Virus record (IMG/VR): IMGVR_UViG_2687453119_000006
Location: 50,544-114,543 of that record
Source: a virus
Taxonomy: Duplodnaviria; Caudoviricetes
Length of the DNA: 64,000 nt
Strand: one strand, 5' to 3'
A program made the position numbers and the translations under genes. Positions 9,056 through 18,513 of the stretch are shown one piece after another. Each line of letters opens with the position of its first letter. Position 1 is the first letter of the stretch. The notes under the pieces were generated by a model, which was not told the DNA's origin, searched no databases, and saw nothing but the letters and a program-made list of their open reading frames with translations.

Positions 9056-9562
9056 ATGAAAGCTCTGATCAACGCCCTCGCGGGCGCGCTGATGCTGTGC
9101 GCCCTGACGCCAGCGTCGGCCAAAGACGTGCCTGTCCAGTTCACTTCTGGCCGGGCCGCGACGTTCATCACCGACGACCAAGGTGGCATCATCACCGAGT
9201 TCGTCAAGAAGTACTCCGACATGCGCGACGCCGGCACCAACGTGGTGATCGACGGCGACTGCGCATCAGCCTGCACCATCGTGCTTGGCATTCTGCGCCC
9301 CGAGAAGGTCTGCGCAACGCCCGATGCCTCTCTCGGCTTCCACTCCGCCACGGCCATCACCCGTGAGGACGGCAAGGCGCCAGTCTTCGAGCACGCCGCC
9401 GAGATCTCCAAGCTCATCTTCAACAGCTACCCGGGCAAGGTCCGGGCCTGGCTGACGAAGCAGGGCTGGAACGGCAACAACCCCCATCCGGAAGTCATCT
9501 GGGCGAGGGGAGGTCAGGTCCGGAAGTTCATCCGGCCTTGCACCGCGGCGGACCTGTCGTGA
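9056..9562 (+). CDS. Secreted protein, possibly ClpP/crotonase-like fold
   Basis: Signal peptide; D.GG...IDGDCASACT...LGFH pattern. Confidence 0.7.
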   Translation: MKALINALAGALMLCALTPASAKDVPVQFTSGRAATFITDDQGGIITEFVKKYSDMRDAGTNVVIDGDCASACTIVLGILRPEKVCATPDASLGFHSATAITREDGKAPVFEHAAEISKLIFNSYPGKVRAWLTKQGWNGNNPHPEVIWARGGQVRKFIRPCTAADLS

Positions 9563-9909
9563 GCCGCCGCCCTCTGCCTGATCGGCGCAAGCTCCCGAAG
9601 GTCATCAAGGTCGGGATCACGGAATTCGAGCTGATCCACTGGGATCCCGTCGAGGCGGAAGCCGAGGGATGCCGTGGGCTCTGCAACGTCTTCGAATACC
9701 ACATCAAGGTCCGGACCGATCTTGCGGACTCACATTTCGCGGAAGTGCTTGAGCACGAGATCAACCACGCCTGCTGGGCGGCGGCGAAGCTCAAGTTAAG
9801 AGCCAGTGAGGAGACGGTCGTCAATCGCTTGACGCCGGTCCTGATCATGGCCCGCCGCGACAACCCCGAGATCTATGCCTGGATCGATCGGGCGATCGCG
9901 AAAGCCTGA
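9559..9909 (+). CDS. Small HExxH metallopeptidase-like protein
   Basis: VLEHEINHA motif with downstream EE..V; GTG start overlapping the previous stop. Confidence 0.65.
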   Translation: MSRRPLPDRRKLPKVIKVGITEFELIHWDPVEAEAEGCRGLCNVFEYHIKVRTDLADSHFAEVLEHEINHACWAAAKLKLRASEETVVNRLTPVLIMARRDNPEIYAWIDRAIAKA

Positions 9910-9911
9910 CC

Positions 9912-10178
9912 ATGTACAAGAACGTGATGGTCGCCTCTTCCAAGAGGCAGGCCTCGGCGATGATCGCCTGGATGAAGCTCGACGCCGACGTGTGGGAGCC
10001 GCTCGCATATGGCGACCCCGTCACCAAGCTCTACGCGCACGCCAAGCTCGTGCGGCCGAGCGAGGGCGTCGACCAAGCCCATTCCGACTGGGTGTTCGAG
10101 AAGCTCGTCCCCAACCTGTGCCTGACGGCGACCACAGTTCCTCCGAACTGGAAGATCCCGCAGGAGCACGTCGAATAA
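9912..10178 (+). CDS. Phage hypothetical protein
   Basis: 2 nt after previous stop; codon pattern. Confidence 0.65.
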   Translation: MYKNVMVASSKRQASAMIAWMKLDADVWEPLAYGDPVTKLYAHAKLVRPSEGVDQAHSDWVFEKLVPNLCLTATTVPPNWKIPQEHVE

Positions 10179-10221
10179 GCCAGCCGGATCACGTCCGGCC
10201 AACAACAAGAACAACAAGCCT

Positions 10222-10395
10222 ATGGCAAAATCAGCGAAGGCGCATTGGACGCGACGTCGTCTCATCGCCTACCTCGAAAATCGTGACGACAAGAGAAAGC
10301 AGGCAACGCCGCCGAGCGGCGAAGTGTTTCTGACCGATGTCGACGGTGCGATCCTGGTCGATCCGGAAGGCTACTACCTTACGGAAAAGCAATGA
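10222..10395 (+). CDS. Small hypothetical protein (57 aa)
   Basis: Manual translation MAKSAKAHW...LTDVDGAILVDPEGYYLTEKQ; ATGA-coupled to the SGNH gene. Confidence 0.6.
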   Translation: MAKSAKAHWTRRRLIAYLENRDDKRKQATPPSGEVFLTDVDGAILVDPEGYYLTEKQ

Positions 10396-11654
10396 CCGCA
10401 AAGACGCGCCTTCTTACTTCGAGCAAGCTCTACCGTCATCCCAACACTGTCGTTGCCCTTGGCGACTCTCGAGTTGCTCAGATCCATGCGGACGGCGCCT
10501 ACCGCAATAAGTCCGCCAACAACCACTTCGGCGTCGGCAACGCTCTCGCCGGACAACGCGCCATTCTCGTCCAGAACCTCGGCTGGAGTGGAGACCGAAC
10601 CGACCAGGCGCTGGTGCGTCTACAGGCCGCGATCGATAGCGGCGCCTACGTCCTCTACATCCACCTGGGCGTCAACGACATCGCGCAGGCGTATCCGACT
10701 GCGACGACCTCTGGCATCACCGCCTGGAACAACATCAAGACGATGATCGACGCCGGCATCGCCAACGGCATGCTGCCGCTCGTCGTCCTCGATCCTGGCG
10801 CGAACAACTTCTCGGCTGCCCAGATCACGCAGCTCATCATCCTGAACGAGAACATCCGCGAATATGCGGAGAAGGTTCGGATGGTGCTCTTCGATCTGGC
10901 GGCGGCGATCTACAATCCGGCGGCGACGTCGACGACCGCGATCTCGATCCTCGGAGCGATCGACGGCGTCCACGAGGCCAACCTCGGCGGCTATCTCGGC
11001 GGCAAGGCGTTCGCCCAGGTGCTGACGGCAATCATGCCGCCCCGGGCGCACGGCGTTCGCGGCGCGTTCGAGGTGCCGAGCAACTCGCTGATCAACCTGC
11101 TGACCAACCCGATGTTCACGGGCGGCACCACTGGTACGGTTGGCGCCGGCCTCACCGGCCAGGTCGGAACCAGTTGGATCGGCTCTCGCGCGGGCGGCGC
11201 AACAGCGACCGCTTCTGTGGCCGATGCATCGGACGGATCTGGCCTCAAGGAACAGATCCTGGCTTGTACATTCACGGCGCTCAACGACGAGGTCAATGTC
11301 CATCAGGACGTCGCCCTTGCCAACTGGTCTCCGGGAGACATCCTCCAGGCCAGCGCCGAAGTCGTCGTCGACAACGCATCGTCGAACCTGGCTGGCGTGT
11401 ATCTCTACCTTCAGGCCAACGGCACCGGCAACGGCTTCGGCGCCGTTACCGCGATGGATGGCTACTGCCAAGGCACCGGGTGGGGCGCAGGCCCGACCGA
11501 GGGGCGCAAGTATCTCTTCGAGACCGAGAAGCTGATCGTGCCGAACTACACCACCAAGAGCTGGGTTACTGCTCACGTCAAGGCGATCGGCGCAGGCGTC
11601 GGCTCTGCGACCATGCGCGTTCGTCGCTTCCAGGTCCGCAAGCGGCTCTACTGA
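10392..11654 (+). CDS. SGNH/GDSL hydrolase with C-terminal beta-rich domain
   Basis: LGDS, G.SG, LGVND and DGVH catalytic blocks. Confidence 0.85.
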   Translation: MTAKTRLLTSSKLYRHPNTVVALGDSRVAQIHADGAYRNKSANNHFGVGNALAGQRAILVQNLGWSGDRTDQALVRLQAAIDSGAYVLYIHLGVNDIAQAYPTATTSGITAWNNIKTMIDAGIANGMLPLVVLDPGANNFSAAQITQLIILNENIREYAEKVRMVLFDLAAAIYNPAATSTTAISILGAIDGVHEANLGGYLGGKAFAQVLTAIMPPRAHGVRGAFEVPSNSLINLLTNPMFTGGTTGTVGAGLTGQVGTSWIGSRAGGATATASVADASDGSGLKEQILACTFTALNDEVNVHQDVALANWSPGDILQASAEVVVDNASSNLAGVYLYLQANGTGNGFGAVTAMDGYCQGTGWGAGPTEGRKYLFETEKLIVPNYTTKSWVTAHVKAIGAGVGSATMRVRRFQVRKRLY

Positions 11655-12349
11655 GACAACACCATCCCCGGAGCACAGAACAGGGAGTAGGGACATCGAT
11701 CCCTGACCGACTGCTAAGACCCGGCCTGCGGCGGGGGTTTCCTCCTCCTTTACCCCGCCGCGCCCGATGACAAATCAGCTCTGCTGCAAAACATCGGGCA
11801 CCCAACGTTTCAACTCTAACCAGATAGGTGGACTGCCGCCCCGGTAACGGGTGTCGCCTCTAACGGGTAAGCCAGTATTCCCGTAGCCCTCGTAATTCTT
11901 CAAAGCGGCCTCTGAGGAGGAACGGCTGATCCCCGTCAACGCGATGCAGTTGAGGCACCAGGTCGGTCGACTTCTGGATTGGACCGCCCCCACCTAATGG
12001 CTCGTGATGTCGCGCGGCGGCGTCATAGCGCACAGCCAATCGGCGAAGAGGTCCATGGTAAGTCGCCGACGACCGTTGTTACTATTCTGCCAGAATGGTG
12101 ACAGAAGATCAGCGTGATGCAGATCGAGGTCGAAAGGATCAGAGTCGTCGTCCTGCGGGGCGGTGACGGTCACGAGCCAACTATTACTCCCCAAGAGCGG
12201 TGACGCGACATGCGTCCAGCGCAGGAACTGCGCGATGGCGATGGTGCCCCACGAGCCCTGAGATCCGACACGAGGCGCTCCGCTCTTGCTATCTTTCCCT
12301 CGCGGATATTTGATGCTGGCCTGCTGGTCATTGAGAAAGCGAGACCGAA

Positions 12350-12988
12350 ATGGGTTGGGTCGAAGAGATGTTCAAAGCCGGACAGAGCCCATCCGTCTGG
12401 CTGTCAAGTGCCGAAAGCCTACAGGCTGCGGCCGAAACTATATTGGAGCGCGAAGAAGCGGGCGCGCCTGCCTATTTCAACGCGCTTGAGGCCGCGGGGC
12501 GTGAGGCGGTCGAGAAGTCCTATTCTTCAGAAGATAAAACGGGCGTGGCGGAGGTGCGCTGCGAACCTCCAAATTATTTGCCGGCGCAATTGCTTTACGC
12601 ATTCGCGCTTGAGAACGTTTTCAAGGGGATGATGGTCGCCAACGATCCGACCCTAGCGAACGAGACGAAGCTCAATAGTGAGCTGAAGTCGCATGAGCTA
12701 GATGGACTAGCCGCCAAAGCTGGCTTCGCCCTGTCAAACGAGGAGCAGTCGTTACTAAGAACACTGAGTGAGATCGCAATTTGGGCCGGGAGATACCCAG
12801 TGGCATCGAGATTGCGCGATCACACGTCGCCCCCAATGAGCGATCCGCACGACCTTCTAAATTTTGGAAGACAGCACCCGACGCTGCGGTCGGTTTTCCA
12901 GAGAGCCAAGGAAACACTTGTTTCCAAAATACCCCATGAGATTGCGCGGTTTGGCGTAGTCGTGGCGCTACCCTCGGAACCGCAATGA
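12350..12988 (+). CDS. Hypothetical protein, possibly HEPN-like moron
   Basis: 212-aa ORF with ALENVFKG...SHEL..L pattern; atypical codon use; hairpin at about 13067-13091. Confidence 0.6.
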   Translation: MGWVEEMFKAGQSPSVWLSSAESLQAAAETILEREEAGAPAYFNALEAAGREAVEKSYSSEDKTGVAEVRCEPPNYLPAQLLYAFALENVFKGMMVANDPTLANETKLNSELKSHELDGLAAKAGFALSNEEQSLLRTLSEIAIWAGRYPVASRLRDHTSPPMSDPHDLLNFGRQHPTLRSVFQRAKETLVSKIPHEIARFGVVVALPSEPQ

Positions 12989-13262
12989 AGTCACCCATTG
13001 GCGCGCGCAAACGACCGTCTTAGGATTCGCCATGTGTCAAGCCGAGCGTTCGCTGTTGCGAGCACAGCCCGTCACCGATTGAGTGACGGGCACCAATGGA
13101 GCCCCAGACGCGCCTCTCACGGCAAGCGCCGGCACAAGACCAGTGTCCGCGTGTGATGCTTCTGGGCCACCCGGGCCGCGGCTGGTCTCGCGGTCACGCG
13201 AGAGGGTGGGCGCTGTTGAGGAGCAGCAGGCAAGGCCCTGAGAAGGTCGTCCTCACCCATTC

Positions 13263-13337
13263 GTCAGTGTAGCTCAATGGTAGAGCAGCGGCTTCATAAG
13301 CCGCAGGTCGTTGGTTCAACTCCTCCCGCTGGCACCA
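13263..13337 (+). tRNA. tRNA with CAT anticodon (Met or Ile2); T-stem has two mismatches
   Basis: Acceptor GTCAGTG/CGCTGGC, D-arm AGCTCAATGGTAGAGC, anticodon stem GCGGC/GCCGC, TTCAA loop, encoded CCA. Confidence 0.8.
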
Positions 13338-13575
13338 ATTCGATCGAGGACGGAACGGCCTCCCGTCGCGCCATGATGACGATGGCAAAGTAGCTGACGC
13401 CGCCGCATTGCGGGTAGCGAAGAGATGCGGGACAGGGCACCCCGCCGATCGAACGAAATTCACGCCATTCTAAATTCATGCATCGGGGTCCTCTGGCGTA
13501 GGCGGCCGGTCTCCAAAACTGTGCTGCGAGAGTTGTTCAAGTCTCTCCCCCGGTGCCAAACAAAAAAGAAGAACG

Positions 13576-15459
13576 ATGGGCACGTTACGCTACCAGGTGC
13601 TGTCCCCGAGCGGCATCACCATTGGCACGGACTTCTATGCGCAGAACTCGATCGTCACGCTGACGGCAGAGGGCGCGAAGTACCTCCTCCTCAACAAGCA
13701 GATCGGTCTTGCGACTGGTCAGCAGGCGCCGGCCGGCGAACCTCCAGCTCCCAACGAGGACGACGTCTACCTCGACGTTCGATACAACGGCGTCATCGAG
13801 ACGATGTCGCTTACGAAGCTGCGCTCGATGTTTCCGAGCATCAAGGGCGATGCCGGTCCGCTTGGTCCGAAGGGGCCCGCCGGCCCGCAGGGCGAGAAGG
13901 GGCTCAAGGGCGACACCGGGCGCGGCATCGCGCTGAAGGGCATCGTCGCGACCAATCTCGATCTGCCGGCCAGCGCCGGGGAGGGGGATGTCTGGCTCGC
14001 TGAAGAGACCGGCCGCGGTTACGCCTGGTCTGACGGCAACTGGAAAGACATCGGCGCCTTCCGCGGCCCGCAAGGCGGCCCGGGTCCTGCTGGTCCTGCC
14101 GGCCCACGCGGTCTGAAAGGTGATCAGGGTATCGCTGGCCCGAAGGGCGAGCCTGGGCTGAAGGGTGATCCCGGCGATCCCGGCGATCCGACCTACGCCT
14201 ATCGGGCGGAAGCCGGCATGACGGCAGCCGAAGCATCGGCGACGTCGGCTGCTGCCAGCAACGCAGCAGCGGCGGGTCACGAGGCCAACGCGCGGTCCTA
14301 CAAGCAGGCGGCCGAGACCGCGGCAACCAACGCCGCCGCGAGCGAAACGTCAGCGAACCAGCACATGGTTGACGCAGCGGCGTCGCGAGATGCGGCTGCT
14401 GGTAGCGCGCTCAGCGCCGGCACTTCGGCAGGCGTGGCGACGACGGCGGCCAGTAATGCGCAGGGCTACGCGACCTCCGCGCAGACATTCGCTGAAAACG
14501 CGGCAAGCGCTCAGGGCGCCGCGGCCGACGCCGTGACCAAGATCAACGAGTTCAAGGGCATCTACTACGGTGGTCTAACCGTTGACCCGGCGACCGATCC
14601 GCTTGGCGCCGCGCCGAACGCTGGGGACTTCTACTTCAACACCGTGTCTAAGAAGTTCCGCACCTACGACGGCGCGGCCTGGAACGACATGGTATCCGTT
14701 GGCACGCTGAAGCGCTTCATCTTCTCTGCGACCGCCGGGCAGACGACCTTCACGGGCGCCGACGCCTTCGCCAAGACTCTGGCTTACACGGCTGGTGCCG
14801 TCGAGGTCGTGGTCAACGGCATGTGGTTGCCCTACAGCGACTACACGGCCAGCAACGGCACCTCGATCGTGCTGAACAGCGCCTGCGTTGGCGGCGACGT
14901 CGTCTACGTGTTCGCCATGAGCGCCTACAGCGCGTCCGACACACTCCAGAAGTCGACCAACGGTTCGGACATCCTCGACAAGGCCGCGTTCCGCACCAAC
15001 CTTGGGCTCACCTCCATCGCAACAGCGGCAGTCGGTCAGATCCCGGGCACCACTGGGACGACGCAGCCTGCGAGCGGCATGCGCGGAGAGCGCATCTCGG
15101 TCAGCGGCAGCTTGAACTTTGCTGGCTCTGGCACGCCGGGCAACATCTGCTTCATCGATGTGCCGGCCGGCGTTTGGGACCTCGACTTCTTCAGCATCTT
15201 CGGCGGTCCCGGCGCGACCACTTCGTCCGATTGGATCACAGCCATCAGCACGGTGAGTGCTTCGGTCGGCTCCGGCGCAATTGGGTTCACGCCGCATACC
15301 CGACACCCGTCGGGAGCTGATTACTCCATCTGCCATACGGCGCCTCGCATTCGCGTCACGCCAGCCGCCACCACCCGCTACTACCTGAACGCGCAGGCCA
15401 GCTGGTCGGGCGCCGGATACTCGGTGAGCGGGACGCTGCAAGCCACGCGGGTCAGCTAA
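13576..15459 (+). CDS. Collagen-like repeat fibre protein
   Basis: Two Gly-X-Y tracts, Ala-rich coiled coil, beta-rich fibre-type C-terminus. Confidence 0.85.
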   Translation: MGTLRYQVLSPSGITIGTDFYAQNSIVTLTAEGAKYLLLNKQIGLATGQQAPAGEPPAPNEDDVYLDVRYNGVIETMSLTKLRSMFPSIKGDAGPLGPKGPAGPQGEKGLKGDTGRGIALKGIVATNLDLPASAGEGDVWLAEETGRGYAWSDGNWKDIGAFRGPQGGPGPAGPAGPRGLKGDQGIAGPKGEPGLKGDPGDPGDPTYAYRAEAGMTAAEASATSAAASNAAAAGHEANARSYKQAAETAATNAAASETSANQHMVDAAASRDAAAGSALSAGTSAGVATTAASNAQGYATSAQTFAENAASAQGAAADAVTKINEFKGIYYGGLTVDPATDPLGAAPNAGDFYFNTVSKKFRTYDGAAWNDMVSVGTLKRFIFSATAGQTTFTGADAFAKTLAYTAGAVEVVVNGMWLPYSDYTASNGTSIVLNSACVGGDVVYVFAMSAYSASDTLQKSTNGSDILDKAAFRTNLGLTSIATAAVGQIPGTTGTTQPASGMRGERISVSGSLNFAGSGTPGNICFIDVPAGVWDLDFFSIFGGPGATTSSDWITAISTVSASVGSGAIGFTPHTRHPSGADYSICHTAPRIRVTPAATTRYYLNAQASWSGAGYSVSGTLQATRVS

Positions 15460-15468
15460 GGATCAACC

Positions 15469-16251
15469 ATGCCATTTAATGTTCTCGCGACGGCGCAAGC
15501 TCGCGCCTTCGCCCATGGCCAGGTGAAGCTGGTCTACAGTAGCGCAACGCAGCTGATCCTCACCTACGGCAACGGCGATCTGATTAAGATCAATGGAGTG
15601 TGGAGACGCCTTCCAAGCGGAGGCGTCGCCATCTCCAATGCCGGCCTCTCGGCCAGTACGGTCTACTACGTCTATGCGTACTGGACTGGCAGCGCCGTCG
15701 CGGTGGAGTTCAGCACGACGGCTCGCGCCACCAGCACCGCTGCTGGCAACGAAGGGGTTATGTCCAAGAGCGGCGACGACAGTCGTTCGCTAGTGGGCAT
15801 GGTGTACACCAATGCGTCCGGTCAGTTCGCTGATCAACAAAATGCGCGCCACACGCGCTCGTGGTTCAACGAAAGTGGACTGCTTGCAGCTGCTAATAGT
15901 GGCACCACCGTGTCCACTTCAAGCACATCGCCTATCGAGTTGGACGCTGGCGCTCGCTGCTTCGTCCTTATGTGGACCAACGAGATATGCTCTCAAACCA
16001 TCCAAGCGAACTCGTCCCATAATACGGGCGGGCAGGCCACGTATACGTCATGCTCAATAAATGGATCAGTCGTAGGAAATCCGTTCGCGTACCACGAAAC
16101 GACAGTCAACTACTACAACATCGTTGGCAACGAGTGGCTTACTGCTTCGGCCGGCGACGGACTGGCTACGTTCTCCATGTTTGGTTGGGTAAGCGCAGGA
16201 ACAGCCTCTTGGTTCAACAAAATGAACATCATCAGCACGCAGCGGAGATAA
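15469..16251 (+). CDS. Fibre-associated beta-rich structural protein
   Basis: Follows the fibre gene; Ser/Thr/Gly-rich with YYVYAY motif. Confidence 0.65.
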   Translation: MPFNVLATAQARAFAHGQVKLVYSSATQLILTYGNGDLIKINGVWRRLPSGGVAISNAGLSASTVYYVYAYWTGSAVAVEFSTTARATSTAAGNEGVMSKSGDDSRSLVGMVYTNASGQFADQQNARHTRSWFNESGLLAAANSGTTVSTSSTSPIELDAGARCFVLMWTNEICSQTIQANSSHNTGGQATYTSCSINGSVVGNPFAYHETTVNYYNIVGNEWLTASAGDGLATFSMFGWVSAGTASWFNKMNIISTQRR

Positions 16252-16650
16252 ATGATGATTCACTACGATCTTGTTCAGGCGATCGAGTCCATCCGGCCCG
16301 GCGCCAAGTTCACGCTCCGCGGTGACGATATCAGCGGGCTTGAGTGGCAGGATGCCACTCAATCTGCGCCGACATCGGATGAAATCCTGACGGCGCTCAC
16401 TGCTCTCCCGAAGCTGGTGCTTCCGCAGGATCTGATGGCGCAGTTCACCACGGACGACGCCGCAAAGATCCAGACGTTCATCGCCGGCAACACCCAGGCC
16501 TGGTTGCTCTGGATGTCCTTCACCACCCAGAAGGACGCCATGCTCACCACCAACGACCGCTTCAAGGCGGGTTGGAGCGCGCTCGTAACGATCCTCGGCG
16601 CGGAACGAACGAATGAAATCGCATCAGCACTCGGCATTACAGTAACCTGA
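16252..16650 (+). CDS. XkdW-like fibre assembly protein
   Basis: AI..IRPGAKF.L......LEW......PT..EI pattern; position after fibre genes. Confidence 0.55.
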   Translation: MMIHYDLVQAIESIRPGAKFTLRGDDISGLEWQDATQSAPTSDEILTALTALPKLVLPQDLMAQFTTDDAAKIQTFIAGNTQAWLLWMSFTTQKDAMLTTNDRFKAGWSALVTILGAERTNEIASALGITVT

Positions 16651-16684
16651 GGCCCCGCATGGTGGCCTCCTCTTTGAGGTCACC

Positions 16685-17095
16685 ATGTTCACGCTCCTGT
16701 CCCTCATCCCCGGGCTCGCGTCCGGCTTTCTGAGCTGGCTCAACAAAAAGTCCGACGCGGACTTGGAGAAGTTCAAGACCGCTGTAGGCGGCGACGTCAC
16801 ACTCAACGTGGCCGAGCTGCGCTACAAAGTCGAGGTCGCCCGAATGGCGGCCGACATGCGCAAGGGCGACCGCGAGCACTGGTTCACTGCCTGGATGGTT
16901 CCGGTCGCCTTCGCTGTCCTCTTCTTTCACGTCGCGGCGGTCGTCTTCGACTCCATGCCTCTGCTCGGTCACGAGATCGGCAGCTGGAAGATCGCCGCGC
17001 TCCCCGCTCCCTACAACACCATGCAGGAACAGATCGTCCTGACGATCTGCGGTGTCGCGGGCATCTCCTCACTCAAGAAGATCTTCTCCCGATGA
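16685..17095 (+). CDS. Membrane protein, holin-like
   Basis: Two to three TM segments, basic C-terminus. Confidence 0.5.
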   Translation: MFTLLSLIPGLASGFLSWLNKKSDADLEKFKTAVGGDVTLNVAELRYKVEVARMAADMRKGDREHWFTAWMVPVAFAVLFFHVAAVVFDSMPLLGHEIGSWKIAALPAPYNTMQEQIVLTICGVAGISSLKKIFSR

Positions 17096-17424
17096 AATCC
17101 ATCACCGATGCGACCCCGATCTCGGACGTCCTCGCCGCGCCGACACCCGTCCTCATCAAGTTCGAGGCGAGGTGGTGCCAGCCCTGCAAGGCGATGACGC
17201 CGATCATCCAGGAGATCGAGAAGGATCTCGACGGCAAGGTGGCGGTCTTCACTGCCAACGTCGAGCACTGCTCGCTCCTGGCGCAGCGCTTCAAAATCAA
17301 CCAGATCCCGGCGCTTGTCGCGATCGACAATGGAATGGTCACCGCGGTCACGACCGGCGCGGCCAAGAAGTCGGATATCCTCTCATGGATCGAGCTGGCG
17401 CTGCCAAGCCTTCAGAAGTCCTGA
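17092..17424 (+). CDS. Thioredoxin
   Basis: F.A.WCQPCK active site; cis-Pro IP motif. Confidence 0.9.
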   Translation: MKSITDATPISDVLAAPTPVLIKFEARWCQPCKAMTPIIQEIEKDLDGKVAVFTANVEHCSLLAQRFKINQIPALVAIDNGMVTAVTTGAAKKSDILSWIELALPSLQKS

Positions 17425-17657
17425 CCTACGACCCCGCCGAGGACTTCGGCTTCGAGATCAATCTCGCTGAAGGCACCATGACCTTCGAGGGCGGGTTCAA
17501 GGCCAACATCACCGAGATCCTCGACCGCTACGGCGATGAGACCGAGGATCCGGAGGAGGCCAGATACATCATCGTCGAGATGCCGCCTGACGGGCTCTGG
17601 GTGACGATCGACCTCAGCCAGGTCGGTCCCCAGCATGTGCAGGCCGCACCTCACTAA
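17421..17657 (+). CDS. Acidic hypothetical protein (start uncertain, 17421 or 17478)
   Basis: Open frame with coding-type codon bias. Confidence 0.5.
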   Translation: MTYDPAEDFGFEINLAEGTMTFEGGFKANITEILDRYGDETEDPEEARYIIVEMPPDGLWVTIDLSQVGPQHVQAAPH

Positions 17658-17681
17658 CAGTCGCAAGAAAGAACAAGAACA

Positions 17682-18224
17682 ATGACTGATCTACCGCCGC
17701 GTCGCCGGGGACGGCCGACGAACGAGGAGAAAGCCGCGCGCGAGGCCGCCGCGAAAGCCGCCGCCGAGAAGGATGCGGAGGAGGGCGCCTTTCTCGACGA
17801 GATCCTTTCGGCTCCCGTCCAGGCGCGCAAGACCAAGCTCCAGCCCGACGAAGACACGCTGCGCGCTCTCTCCGAGCTGGCGAAGCTGTTCTGCACTCAA
17901 GAGGAGGCCGCAGGCGTTCTCGGCGTCAGCCGGCGCACGCTGGTCAGCTTTCTGAGTGAGCACGAGGTCGCCAGGGATGCCTGGGACGACGGGCAGCAGC
18001 GCGCGAAGGTTTCGCTGCGCCGGAAGCAGATGGCGCTGGCCGACAAGAACGCGCCGGCCTCGATCTTCCTCGGCAAGAACTATCTCGGCCAGAAGGACGA
18101 GAACCACACCAACCTCAACGTCAAGACTGAGGCGGCTCAGATGACCGAGGAGCAGCTGCTGGAGATCGCAGCTCGAGCCCCGGCCGCACCTCGCACGCCG
18201 CCGAAGAAGGAAAGCGTCCACTGA
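17682..18224 (+). CDS. terS: Terminase small subunit
   Basis: HTH (CTQEEAAGVLGVSRRTL), SLRRKQ...IFLGKNYLGQ pattern; upstream of TerL. Confidence 0.8.
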   Translation: MTDLPPRRRGRPTNEEKAAREAAAKAAAEKDAEEGAFLDEILSAPVQARKTKLQPDEDTLRALSELAKLFCTQEEAAGVLGVSRRTLVSFLSEHEVARDAWDDGQQRAKVSLRRKQMALADKNAPASIFLGKNYLGQKDENHTNLNVKTEAAQMTEEQLLEIAARAPAAPRTPPKKESVH

Positions 18225-18362
18225 CGCCAACCCAACAAGACCCCTGACGGGATCGATCGTGGCAGCCGGAGCTTCCGTTACCCGGTGACGATCGACCGCA
18301 ATACTAAGTCCTGAACTAACAGGACGATCCTCTTGGCCAGAGGGCGTGGGGTCCTCCTTTTC

Positions 18363-18436
18363 GACGCGGTGGCCGAGCGGCCAGGCAGCGGACTGCAACT
18401 CCGCGGAGGCTGGTTCGACTCCAGCCCGCGTCTCCA
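18363..18436 (+). tRNA. tRNA-Cys(GCA)
   Basis: Full cloverleaf, GACGCGG/CCGCGTC acceptor, U discriminator, CCA. Confidence 0.95.
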
Positions 18437-18513
18437 TTCACTCTGACCGAGTTGCCGCTTCGGGGGCATCTGCGCTCGCGCCTCGGTCGGAGTCTAAACC
18501 TTCCGAGAAAATC

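Noticed and set aside
18346-18513. N-terminal extension of TerL in the ORF track
   Set aside because: Overlaps a perfect tRNA-Cys; the real start is more likely GTG 18514
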